From the NCBI RefSeq assembly GCF_009914755.1, contig NC_060928.1: a stretch of DNA of 64,000 nucleotides; one strand, 5' to 3'. The first letter of the stretch is position 1. The number at the start of each line of letters is the position of its first letter. The notes under the pieces are model-generated. The model had not been told where the DNA came from. It searched no databases and saw only the letters and a program-made list of their open reading frames with translations. This document shows, in pieces, positions 1-12,556 of the stretch. The stretch is from the human T2T-CHM13v2.0 reference genome, Homo sapiens. Both the position numbers and the translations under genes were made by a program.

Positions 1-39
1 TGGAGTTTTTGTGGCATTTTAAAATTTTGGAATATGAGT

Positions 40-925
40 TTATTGTTACAGTAATGCATTGCTAATATCTTCTGGTGCGCAGCTTGTCTTTTACTCTCTT
101 TAAGGCAACTTTTAGTGAACAGAAGCACTTGATATTAATGAAGTCCAATTTACCAATTATTTTAATTGTTAGGATTTTGTGTTCCATCTAAAGCATCTTT
201 GCCAACTCTAAGGTGAAGAATATCATCTCCTAAATTTTCTTTTAGATGTCTTATTTATTGCATTTCGTTTGAGATAAAGCATTCATTTCAATTTTTTTAA
301 TACACTGGAAGGTAGGGGAACAGAGAGCTTCTTGGATCATGTTATTCGATGTGTTACATCAGTTTGAGAAATTCTGAGTCAGAGTTTCTTTAAAAACTCA
401 CTCTCTTCCATTTTCTCTCTCCAATTATACATGTTAGATTTTATCACATGCCGAATGTTTCCTACTTATACTGCTTCCTGTATTTTTAATGTATTTTTCT
501 TCTCTATGGATCATTTTGAAGACTTTGCAAGGAGTTTCGCAAGAAACTGCCAAACCATCTTCCAAAGTAGCTGTACCATTTTGATTCCCACCAGCAGTGA
601 ATGGGAGTTTCTGTTCCTCCACATTCTCCGCAATAGTGTTTTGGATTGGGCTATTCTAATAGGTGTGGAGTGGTAGCTCATTCTTGCTTTAATTTGCAAT
701 TCCCTAGTGACATGTGATGTTGAACATCTTTTCATATGCTGATTTGTCATCTGTATATCTTCTTTGGTGGGGCGTCTGTTCAGGTCTTTACCATTTTTTT
801 GCATTATTAATTTTCTTCTTGTTAAATTTTCAGAGTTCTTTGTATGTTTTGGACAAAAATCTTTTATTACATATCTTTTGCAAATATTTCCTCCCAGTCT
901 ATGGCTTGCCATCATTTTCTTGGCA
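40..925 (-). mobile_element. Ancient L1M (L1MC/ME-type) fragments
   Basis: ORF 511..915(-) reads like the L1 ORF2 C-terminus (KDLNRRPTKEDIQMTNQHMKRCSTSHVTRELQIK); the flanking sequence also resembles antisense L1. Boundaries approximate. Confidence 0.8.
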
Positions 926-934
926 TTTTAATCA

Positions 935-1385
935 TTTTTAAGCCTATAGTTCAGTTGCATTAAATCCATTCATATTATTGTGCCACCATCACACCAGAGC
1001 TTTTTCACTTTTCCAAACTGAAACTCTGTATTCATTCAAAAATAACTCTCCATTTCTTCCCACTGGCCCACGGCAACCACCATTCTATTTTCTGTCTTTA
1101 TAAATTTGGCTATTCTAAGTACCTCCTATAAGTGGAATCAGATATTTGCCCTATAGTGACTGGCTTATTTCACTTAGCATAGTATCTTCAAGGTATATTC
1201 ATGTTGTAGCATGTGTCAGAATTTCCCTCCTCTTTAAGGATAAATAATATTTCATTGCAAGTTTGTACCATATTTTTTATCTTTTTATCCACCTATGGAC
1301 ACTTGCATTGCTTCCATCTTTTGGCTGTTATGAATAATGCTTCTATGAACATAGGTGTATAAATATCTGTTCGAGTCCCTGTTCA
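935..1385 (-). mobile_element. L1MB-type 3' UTR fragment
   Basis: Antisense L1MB 3' motifs: ggcaaccaccattctattttctgtc, aagtggaatca, gactggcttatttcacttagcata, catgttgtagcatgtgtcagaattt. Confidence 0.8.
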
Positions 1386-2135
1386 ATTAACTTTATAAAA
1401 TAATTTTTGATAAGTGACAACTATGTTATATTTTATTCTTTTTCCAAATTGTTCATTCTCAAGTTAAATTCACATTGTAACCATTTACATATTTAGGTTT
1501 TATTTCATTTCTCTATACTTGCCAATGTTTACCCTTACTATGTTATCATTATGAAAAATTTAAATGTTAACAAAAATAATGTAAAACTATTATATTTTGC
1601 AAAGGTGCTACATTGTAGTTCCCTTTGTGAACTACTTCATTTTGCTCTTACAGCAATTCCATTTGGAGTTTATAATTTTTACTTTATGTATCATCTTTCT
1701 TTAATTCTCTTGCTTAGAAGAAACAACTACTCATTGGTCAAATGATGAGCAACATATGTTGCAACAAATTTCAAAGCCATTCTTGCACCATTTTAAAAAT
1801 ATCCTGTGAAAAAGACAATATAATCAGAGAAAGGATGAAGAGGCCTGGATGACCAGTCTGATGTTAAAGGACAGCACAGGTAGTGAGGTGGGTCTGGATA
1901 GCCAGAATGTCATTTTCAGGAAGCATTGGATTCAGGCAAAGATCTAAAGAGTTAAACAGAGCAAGACCTCAGGGACGTGTTCCATCAGCAGAATGGCATG
2001 TATAGAAAAAGACATTTAGGCAGGTCTGATAGACAATGCCTTAGCCTCTGGAAAGATTAGAGAATAAGGCAAGAACCTAGCCTCTTGGAGCTGGGATACT
2101 AGAAGGGAAACAATCAAGAAATTGGGAATAAACAA

Positions 2136-2501
2136 TGCTCTGGTCTAAATGTTTGTGTCCTTTCCAAATTCATGTGTTGACACCTAATTTCTAATGCAAT
2201 GGTATTAAAAGGTGAGGCCTTTGGGAAGTGATTAGGTCATGAAAGTGGACCCCCAACACACACACTCCATGAATGGGATTAGTCCCCTCATAAAAGAGGC
2301 CCGAGGAAGCCTGTTTTCCCCCTTCTGCCATGTCAGCACACACAGATGGCATCATCTATGAGGAACACATGCTTACTAGACACTGGAATCTACTCGTACC
2401 TTGATCTTGTACTTCCCAGCCTCTAGAACTGCAAACGATCCATTTCTATTGTTTATAAATTATCAAGGCATTTTGTTACAGCAGTCTAACAAACTAAGAC
2501 C
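2136..2501 (+). mobile_element. MLT1A/A0-type MaLR solo LTR
   Basis: Starts tgctctggtctaaatgtttgtgtcc...aaattcatgtgttga, contains cttcccagcctctagaactg, ends ttttgttacagcagtctaacaaactaagac; ~365 bp. Confidence 0.8.
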
Positions 2502-3982
2502 AATAACAAGATAGAGACTATTTACTTATCTGTCTCCCCTATTGGACTGTAAGTAAGCTACATGAAGGCTGGCGCAGTCTGAGTAAGGCAATAGCAAAGC
2601 TGATGAAACTTGGGGTCCTTTTATTTATCTTTTTTTATTGATTGAAGGTTGTAGAAGTGGGCTAAATCTCCAGAGGGCATTAAAATGACTTTGCAGTGAC
2701 TATTAAATGACCACAGGAACAAATATTCAAGCATGTATATTCCATTACATAATTTTTGTTCAATTTGGGGGGTTCAGGGGAAGCTATAGAATTCTATGCT
2801 GCTATAGATTTTTCATGCCCTCCCTCTTCGAGATTATTTCTCTGTGCAGATGAATAAAAATCTTCTTGTATTTGACAGGAATATGCCCCCACCACTTTAT
2901 ATGTGCATTAAGGAAATGTTACAATTTAAATAATAGCTGTGGTTACATTATTCTCAAATATCTCTATAAGAAGGAAATGATTTATGCAATTTATCATTTA
3001 TCTAATCTATTTTAAAGAATATGAATGTGCAAGATGTTTAAAAATGTAGGAGTCAAAAGTAGAGGAAAAGAGAACAGATCAAGAAAAAGGAGAATAGATT
3101 CATAGTGTAATAAGGGAATCATTTAGATTTATATTTTTTAAGTTGGTTCAAGTCAAGAAAACAAATAAGATTATCTCGTGTATAACATCCTAATATTGCA
3201 TTTAATTGAGAAAAGAACAAAAGACTCAACACAGGTTACCAAAAAATGTCCATTGTCTCCAGGAGATATGTGGAAAACCCTTGGAATACAAAGGATACAC
3301 TTAAAACCAACATATGAGAACTGAAACTCCATGTTGGTAAAAGAAAATAATTTTAGGTAATTTTTAAAACAGCCTCTAAGAGTTTAAGTTTAGAATCATG
3401 GTTTTGTAAAGCATTCATTAGGCATTATAGACAAATTATGTTATTGAAGAACTATTTTGAAATTGTTTTGCTTCAATATTTTTAAAAGTTAGGTCTTGCA
3501 ATAGTCTGAGAAAAATGCGACTTACTTCTATAAAAATGAACACAGTCAGAAATCACGAAGTAAAATCACTTCAGACTAGTAGACAGCAACAACAACAACA
3601 AAAAACAGTTGAAGGTAGACAGAAAACATCATAGATATTTGAACAATCCTAGAAACTGCCTGGAAAATCTACTCTTAATAGGGAAAAGACTACTCTTTTG
3701 AGCATTATGCATAGATATATTGCAACTTTTTCCCCTCTCCTCTAAAAAGTAGGGAAAGATATGAGAATTTAAAAGCTGAAAGTAATTCTAAGAAACCCAA
3801 TTAGCACATTTACTTTTCTTCTTATGATGAAAAAGATTAAATATTTTGCATTAAAAAGAAAGTGAAATTTTAAATTGAGAACTATCTCCACGCCTTTTGA
3901 TATCAAATTGACAGAAGAGTCAAGTTGAAGCTTGAGGCATTTTAGTGTCCTAGATGAAATTTTGACCTTAAGAAAAATTTTA

Positions 3983-4278
3983 GGCCAGGCGCAGTGGCTC
4001 ACGCCTGTAATTCCAGCACTTTGGGAGGCCGAGGCGGGTGGATCACGAGGTCAGGAGATCGAGACCATCCTGGCTAACACGGTGAAACCCCGTCTCTACT
4101 AAAAATACAAAAAATTAGCCGGGCAAGGTGGCGGGCGCCGGTAATCCCAGCTACGCGGGAGGCTGAGGCAGGAGAATGGCGTGAACCCTGAGGGGCGGAG
4201 CCTGCAGTGAGCCGAGATAGCGCCACTGCACTCCAGCCTGGGAGACAGCGAGACCCCATCTCAAAAAAAAAAAAAAAG
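3983..4278 (+). mobile_element. AluY (Ye-like diagnostics)
   Basis: Full dimer with gagatcgagaccatcctggctaacacgg and gagaatggcgtgaacc; A-tail; TSD aagaaaaattttag on both sides. Confidence 0.95.
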
Positions 4279-4769
4279 AAAGAAAAATTTTAGATTGACA
4301 TTACAGTGTTCTGTTTGAAACCATAATTTAATTAAAAGGAGATGGTGCACAGGTAAAAATTGGTAAGAAAGACAATTTATTTCACCTACAATCTATTTCA
4401 TAAAACCTCTAAATTTTTTTCAAAGTGAAATAATATAATATGTTAGTAAGTATAAGGATTTTAACATATTTTTATTATTTATTATTTAAATTTGGGGAAA
4501 GAGCTGACTTTTAACATGGTGAACCCCATCTATAGGAAATTCTGACCATTTATACCATAGAATAGTATCTTATAATCCAGGCCATATTCCTTACATACAT
4601 GGAGGTGGTAGCTTAATAAAATTTCAGGTATATGTCTGGAAAAATATAGGATAGCTTCTGGAAAATGAACCCTAAATTATCAAATATATATAATTGCACA
4701 TGGGCTGAAAACACATCTTCTCTCATTGACTCACTGACAGTTTGCAAAAAGTCATGAACTGTGAAAACT

Positions 4770-4955
4770 CTTCAGTTCTGACTCAACAGGCTGACCATGG
4801 ACAAATCACATAGTCTTTTAGTCCTCTACTTCTTAACTAATAAAATGGGCATAACCACAACTGCCTCCATAGTTTTGATAGGAGAAATGAATAAGATTGT
4901 GTCGTAAACACGTTGCACAATTCCATTACAGAAAGGGTTCAGTAAATGTCAATTA
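4770..4955 (+). mobile_element. MIR SINE fragment
   Basis: Degenerate MIR core: gaccatggacaaatcac...taaaatgggcataacc...cagtaaatgtcaatta. Confidence 0.6.
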
Positions 4956-6053
4956 CCATTTTCTTTTACCATCAAAAATCTTACCATGCATTTACACAAG
5001 AGCTTTTGAACAGCAGTGATGTTAATATTTAGTTAGACAGAATCCACCATTCTGGAAGGAATATAATGATGGTTACTTGTGTGAGTCCCCTGATTCAATT
5101 TATTCTTCAAAGGGGAAAGCTAATGATTCAAAGCACATCTCAGCTTATCAACAGCAGCAGTAAGATTTCCACTGGAGCATTTCTACCCAATGATTGGAGG
5201 TCAGTTTTCTCACCAGAATCAAGACTGCTCTAAAATGGTCCATCTTCTTCAAGACTATTAGAGATATAATATTCATTTATTCATTTCCTTAATAGACCTG
5301 CTCATAAGAAGGCTGAATTCTTATTGCCTCAATAGCTTTTCATACATTGTGAGACAAGTTTTACAACATTAAAACTAAAACATGCTCTAGGTCGACACTT
5401 GCCTATAAATACTTTGTAGCTACTTATGCTTTGCTGTCAACTTAAATGTAGTTTATAAGCAACCTTGATACTTGCTCTTTTCCTTATTACACAAAGGTGA
5501 GATCCACCTAAAGACAAATTTAATGCAATATAACTCCTCTCTCTAACCCAATTTTTGTTTTTACCGTCTCCTCAAACATTTACACCATGCTTTCTGAAAC
5601 CTCGTTTCAGGTCAAATTATTTTATATATTTTCATAATTTATTTTATTTTTACAATTATTTTCTGCAACACTAAACCTTAAAAACCCTGGCTCTTCCCAT
5701 GAACATAGCACATTTTTCAGCCCCTTACTTTCTCATATTTTCTTACATCTCATAATTACCTTTTCTTTCATTACTGCCTATATACAATGTATGCTCCTAA
5801 ATTCTACTAAAAACTATTTTTTAAGGCTGATACTTGGCTCTACCAATCTCTATCTCACCTTAGTTATTTCTACTCAACCATCTGCTGGCTATATCTATAC
5901 TTTGAATTTGTTGAATTTGGCTCACAGTTTTGTTTTTCAGCCCAAACCCTACCTTCATCCTTGATATTTTCTATGTATTAAGATACAGCTTTTTTTTTTT
6001 TGGTGGGGGCGGGGAGGGGGGAGCTTTCTAGGTTTTTCATAACCTGGTCATAA

Positions 6054-6377
<324 letters not shown>

Positions 6378-6754
6378 AGAGGCTTCATTTTCTTAGCAGC
6401 AGTTCTGCCATTTGATTCATTGTCTCTATGCATCCTGACTTCCTCTCCTTTTCCAGGCACATAACCACCCCCATAGCTTTCATCTTTTAGCTTGCCTAAA
6501 ACATAGTATCTTAGCCTGAAACCCAAATCTTTAATAGAGATAAGTTATTCAACTCCAAACAGGAAACACATAATCAAATCGCAGAAGGGTTGAGGGTGGG
6601 CAGAATCAGGTAGTAAACAAGGAGTGTAGTTCTTTGAAAACAGATTGTCCTAAGGAAGAAATACAACTCAGATAAGATCAGCTACAGTGCCACTTCTCTG
6701 CTAAAGATTTTTCATTTTCCCATCTTTGTAGCATTCAGGATATGTCTACATTTC

Positions 6755-7300
6755 TTAGAGTAAAATGCAAAGCCCTTTGTTATCTGGCCACCGCTTCTCT
6801 CTCCAGCTGTGTCTCTCCTCCATTCCACCTTCATTTTTCTCTTCAGTAATATTAAATATCTTTTGGATTTTAGATCACAATGGGATTTCTCGTGCTTTGC
6901 AGTCTTTTCCCCTTTCACTCTCTCCTTGGATAATGCTTTTTATCTCTCTTCCTTGCATTGTAAGCCCCTCGCCTACCTTCCAGTTGTAATTCAGGTGGGG
7001 TCTTTTGAAGGTCTTTTATGAATACCTCTTCTCTTACCACTCTGCTGCCAGAAGCAACCTACCCCTGGCACATTTAGCACTTGGCACAACTTTCTATCAT
7101 GTCCCTATTCACACACTACTGTAATTTCTGATTTCTGTCTCCTCTACTATATCTTGTTCTCTATTTGATTGTAAACTCTTTGAGGGTAAGGACCTTGCTT
7201 TTCTTAAAAAAATATTCTTTTTATAGCATCTAACATCTAGCAATAGTGCCTGGCATTTATATATATAGCACTCAGGAAACATTTGTTAGAAGGAAGGAAG
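6755..7300 (+). mobile_element. L2 3' end
   Basis: gattgtaaactctttgagggtaaggacc...gtgcctggca...cactcaggaaacatttgttagaaggaagg matches the L2 3' terminus. Confidence 0.7.
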
Positions 7301-8558
7301 GAAAAAGAGAAGAAAGGAAAAAGGAAGGAATTAGAATGGCTCATTATAGCCATCCATCATCAATTGATGACAATTGCTAATATCTGGTGTAATGTATTGT
7401 GAGTTGAAATATTTCTGTTTTAGGAGACTATAAGCATAACAACTATGTAAATATTATCCTTTTTAAACTGCTCACATAGCACCTGAATAAAATCAACTGC
7501 TTTGTTTACTAACCAAAGTTTACTCTGAACTATCCTTTGAGATTCATAACTTCAGTAGCCCAATAACATTGCTCAGGGTGATAGAGCCACTAAATCAAAC
7601 ATCTCCCCTCTTAGACATTTGCTTGTCTTTAAAAAATGTAATGATGATTCTTAGGTACTTAAAAATAGTTGATGAACAGTTGCCTTCTTGTTGTTGTTGG
7701 TTTTTTAAATCAGAATCAATTGTGTTTTGAGAATGTCTTTAAGAATGGCTTCTGTAATCACTAAGAACTGGACCAAGAACATAAGTAACAAAATAAATCA
7801 ACATCAGCTTAAATGGCAGCCCAATAATTTGTCATATAATAAAACCAGTATTTTAAATATCATGTAATAAACTTTAAAGAAGATAAGAACTACAGATGTA
7901 AATATATAAAGCTAGTTAAACATATCTGTGCAGCTGAATTATCTCTTTGAGGTAAACATACAGAGGCACAAATATCTGTCCCAAATTAATCATCTTCCTG
8001 TTTCCACCAACATAAATACCTGAGCTCCTATAGATAACTTGTCATCTCCTTTCTATCCACTCCATCCCAGTGGCATGATATTTCAACCTTTTTCCTATTT
8101 GGGATACAGTCCTTGCTCTATCTCTATGGATATATGATACATATAACCACCTAGACTGTCTAGCCATGAACATTTGAGAACCATCAAAACCACTAGTTCA
8201 ATACCCTGGTCTTAGTTCACTATCATTAAGCCTGTATTAACATTCCTCAGAGGGCTACTGATTGCAGCTTTTGAACATTTTATTTCAAATGGACTTCTCA
8301 ACTGCTGTTTTGATCATCTCATTTATCTTCTTCACTACCTGGCAGAGCTCACCTGCTATTATTGCTTCTGGCTTACCTACATTTTTCCATTTATGTCATG
8401 CAAAATGGCATAACCTTTATGATGTCTGCCAAAGAAGGGACTTAAGGAGCATTATGAGAATCCCTTAATTACCCAATGAGATTTTGATTTGGCAAGCCAA
8501 GGATGTAGCCATGGGTGCCAAGACACAACAACCCATTTATTCTCCAATGCTGACTTAC

Positions 8559-8680
8559 CTGTGAAAGGACATCATGGGTAGCTGCCACTATGAAAGTCCT
8601 GAGCATTTGTGTAACCACATCCTCCATCCTCTGATTTATACCAGAAGTGACAGTACTTTGGCAAAGGTAAAGCAAACGTC
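8559..8680 (-). other. Candidate 122-nt internal exon (probably non-coding)
   Basis: Minus strand: pyrimidine-rich tract cttttcttttcctcttgctttgcacctcctgttgcctcatttgcctttggttAG|GAC, and donor CAG|GTAAGT at 8558. Not recognisably repeat-derived. No transcript evidence available. Confidence 0.4.
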
Positions 8681-9139
8681 CTAACCAAAGGCAAATGAGG
8701 CAACAGGAGGTGCAAAGCAAGAGGAAAAGAAAAGATCCTGAATTCAGAACTAGGTTGGCTATCTTGGTAAGCTAGCCCTTGAGTTTGGCTTTGCAATGCT
8801 GTCATCTCTACAGCAACTAAAATAGAGGCAATGTCTCTTCACCTTTTCTAATGCTAAGGGAGGCCCGTTGGGTTTGGCTGTGCCTCAGTCTTGAAAATAC
8901 ATACATGCATTATATAGAATAGATGATGGATTATGTAAAAAACGATAAAAACTAAAATTTTCAAGATTAATAATCTTTATTAAAAAACATTATATATGGT
9001 GGGTAGAGATAAAATTCTACATGTTTCACGAGTTATTTATTTCACAGACACTGCTCACAGCCTGCTTTGTTTTCAAGCAATTAGCAATGTAATAGAAAAA
9101 CTGGCATCTTTACTGTTTTCCTATACAGAATGTGTTATT

Positions 9140-9270
9140 GTATGTATATATGTGTGTATATACATACATCTAAATATATATATGTATGTATATGTAAATA
9201 TATATGAAATGTATATATATTTCATAGGGCACATTCACATATATATACACACACATATATATATATATCC
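9140..9270. repeat. (TA)/(TATG)-rich low-complexity simple repeat
   Basis: Alternating tatatatg/catata tract. Confidence 0.8.
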
Positions 9271-10124
9271 CACAAAACATCTGATAAATTAAAATTTTCT
9301 TTATTTAAAATTTTGTAGTTGTAAAATACCTCTTTCAGTGTAAGGCATATGTTTAAGAAGTATTCATTCATTCACTGAAAGCCTTACATTGTGCAAGTCA
9401 TGTACAAAGCATTTATCTAATGACTGCAGGGAACTTATAGTCTAATAAATAAGTTAGGTATATACATTTCTCATTTAATATTACTTGGTATATGCTGTCA
9501 GAATATAAAGCTATTTCTGATATACCCTCTTAATGAAAATATTCATAAATATATGAATAATTCATGAAGGCACACTGCCAATATGTATGTGTATGTTTGC
9601 TTGCATGTGTATGTATTTCTTCTATGTTCTCAGTGCTATTTAATCCAATTAGTCCTATCAAATTTATCTGACCAGTGTCCTTATAAGAAGAGTGAAATTT
9701 GGACTTAGACATACATAGAGGGAAGACAACCATATGAAAACAGAGGCAATTTCTAGAAGAAGGTGGGGGAGAGAAAAATTGATCTGTCTGCATTGGGCCA
9801 AGTTGCTTGGAACAACCTGTGAGCTCTTGTTAAATTCTTAAGCTTTCTAGAGCAGGTTTTTCTCATCTTTTGACTTGATCCTATAATAGAACTTCTGTCT
9901 TGGTCTCCAGATTTGAAATTCATCTCCATTGAGAAGATTAGACTCCCTCCCTGAATCCTAGCTAGCTTATCTGACACACAATACACCTTATATCATTTTT
10001 GCTTGCTTTTTAAATTAGAGACTGGACCCCCTTTGTAAAATTCACGTTTGTTAGAAGAGCTGTACTCCAAATCAGATTAGTGCCTAACTCTGAGCATCAC
10101 CATTATAAAGACACTTACCCTGCC

Positions 10125-10645
10125 TGTGATAGGAAGAATAATCTCCCCTTTCCCCCCAACCCCAGTCAAAGATATCCACGTCCTCAACATCAGAATCTAT
10201 GAATATGTTCTATTACGTTGCAAGGGGAGTTCTTAAAATACAAATAAGATGGCTGATCATTTGGCCTTGAGATAATGGATAATCCAGGTGGGCCCAGTGT
10301 AATTATAAAGGTAATTTTAAGTGAAGAAGTAGGTAGGCAAGTTAGCGTCAGAGTGATGCAGCATGGGAAAGACTTGACAGATCACTGCTAAATTTGAAGA
10401 CGAAGTGGAGACAAACCAAAGAATGCAGGTGGCCTCTGGAAGCTGGGAAAAGCAAGGAAACAGATTCTACCCTACAGCCTCCAGACCCCAGGCAAGTCCA
10501 TTTCAGACTTCTGACCTCAAAAACTGTAATAATTTGTTGTTTTTTTTTTCTTTTTTACCTTTCCTATGGTGCTGACATTTTTTTAATTGTTTTAAGACAC
10601 CATGCCTGTGTTAATTTGTTGCAGCAGTAAGAGGAAACTAATCCA
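10125..10645 (+). mobile_element. MLT1D-type MaLR solo LTR
   Basis: tgtgataggaagaataat...aaagatatccacgtcctc...ctggaagctgggaaaagcaaggaaacagattct...taatttgttgcagcagtaagaggaaactaatcca. Confidence 0.8.
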
Positions 10646-10744
10646 CTTGCCTTCCAGAAAACAGACCTTAGAATATCAAAGATTGTTTTAGTGTGACTTC
10701 ATTAGATTCTCTTCATTTCCTGAAATAGGGAAAAAGTATAACTT

Positions 10745-10924
10745 GTAGTTAATATCATTGGCTTTGGAATCCAACAAAGAACTATCTGTGTGCCTCCTAA
10801 CAAATGATTGAATTTCTCTGTGCTCAGCTTTGTTAGCTGTTTAAGGAGGATTCTACTTCTCCGATCTGGTTCATTTGAAGATTAACTGAAATAATGTATG
10901 TAAAGTACTTATTTAGCTCAGTTC
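10745..10924 (+). mobile_element. MIR fragment abutting LTR12C
   Basis: ggctttggaatc...tctctgtgctcagcttt...gaagattaactgaaataatgtatgtaaagtactt. Confidence 0.65.
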
Positions 10925-10928
10925 ATAG

Positions 10929-12556
10929 TGTGTCCGGAATTGGTGGGTTCTTGGTCTCACTGACTTCAAGAATGAAGCTGCGGACCCTCACGGTGAGTGT
11001 TATAGCCCTTAAGGTGGCGCTTCTGGAGTCTGTCCCTTCTGATGTTCAGATGTGTTCGGAGTTTCTTCCTTCTGGTGGGTTCGTGGTCTCGCTGGCTCAA
11101 GAGTGAAGCTGCAGACCTTTGCAGTGAGTGTTACAGCTCTTAAGGTAGCGCGTCTGGAGTCTGCCCCTTCTGATGTTCAGATGTGTTCGGAGTTTCTTCC
11201 TTCTGGTGGGTTCATGGTCTCGCTGGCTCAGGAGTGAAGCTGCAGACCTTCGCGGTGAGTGTTATGGCTCTTAAGGTAGCGCGTCCGGAGTTGTTCGTTC
11301 TTCCTGGTGGGCTCGTGGTCTTGCTGGGCTCAAGAGTGAAGCTGCAGGTCTTCGCGGTGAGTGTTACAGCTCGTAAAAGCAGCGTGGACCCAAAGAGTGA
11401 GCAGTAGCAAGATTTAGTGCAAAGAGCGAAAGAACAAAGCTTCCACAGTGTGGAAGGGAACCCCAGCGGGTTGCCAAAGCTAGCTCAGGCAGCTTGCTTT
11501 TATTCTCTTATCTGGCCCCAGCCACATCCTGCTGATTGGTAGAGCCGAGTGGCCTGTTTTGTCAGGGCGCTGATTGGTGCGTTTACAATCCCTGAGCTAG
11601 ATGCAAAGGTTCTCCACGTCCCCATCAGATTAGTTAGATACAGAGTTTGGACACACAGGTTCTCCAAGGCCCCACCAGAGCAGCTAGATACAGAGTGTGG
11701 ATTGGTGCATTCACAAACCTTGAGCTAAACACAGGGTGCTGATTGGTGTGTTTACAATCCCTGAGATAGACATAAAGGTTCTCCAAGGCCCCACCAGAGC
11801 AGCTAGATACAGAGTGTTGATTGGTGCACTCATAAACCTTGAGCTAGACACAGGGTGCTGATTGGTGTGTTTACAATCCCTGAGCTAGATATAAAGACTC
11901 TCCACGTCCCCACCAGACTCAGGAACCCAGCTGGCTTCACCTAGTGGATCCCGCACCGGGGCTGCAGGTGGAGCTGCCTGCCAGTCCAGGGCCCTGCGCT
12001 TGCATTCTTCAGCCCTTGGGTGGTGGATGGGACTGGACTCCATGGAGCAGGGGGTGGTGCTCGTCGGGGAGGCCCCGGCCGCACAGGAGCCCATGGAGTG
12101 GGTGGGAGGCTGAGGCATGGCGGGCTGCAGGTCCTGAGTCCTGCCCCGCGGGAAGGCAGCTAAGGCTCGGTGAGAAATCGAGCGCAGCGCCGGTGGGCTG
12201 GCACTGCTGGGGGACCCAGTACACCCTCCGCAGCCACTGGCTCGGGTGCTAAGTCCCTCATTGCCCGGGGCCAGCAGGGCTGGCCCGCGGCTCCGAGTGC
12301 GGGGCCCGCCAAGCCCACGCCCACCCAGAACTCCAGCTGGCCCGCAAGCGCCGCACGCAGCCCCGGTTCCTGCTCGCGCCTCTCCCTCCACACCTCCCTG
12401 CAAGCTGAGGGAGTGGGCTCCAGCCTTGGCCAGCCCAGAAAGGGGCTCCGACAGTGCAGCGGCGAAGGGCTCCTCAAGTACCGCCAAAGTGGGAGCCCAG
12501 GCAGAGGAGGCAGCGAGCGAGGGCTGTGAGGACTGCCAGCACGCTGTCACCTCTCA
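10929..12556 (-). mobile_element. LTR12C (HERV9/ERV9) solo LTR
   Basis: Minus strand starts TGAGAGGTGACAGCGTGCTGGCAGTCCTCACAGCCC and ends ...CCAATTCCGGACACA; perfect 4-bp TSD ATAG (10925-10928 / 12557-12560); CpG-rich 5' part; ~131-bp tandem units at ~10975-11350. Confidence 0.95.
11495..11870 (-). promoter_or_regulatory. ERV9 enhancer/promoter: tandem CCAAT (NF-Y) and GATA repeats with TATA-like AATAAAA
   Basis: Six gattggt copies (~11535, 11573, 11701, 11742, 11820, 11861) interleaved with agata motifs; ttttatt at 11498-11504. This is the known ERV9 LTR promoter architecture. Confidence 0.75.

Noticed and set aside
10975-11350. Regularly spaced repeats resembling a CRISPR-like array
   Set aside because: Whole ~131-bp units repeat with no unique spacers; intrinsic LTR12 tandem structure in primate DNA.
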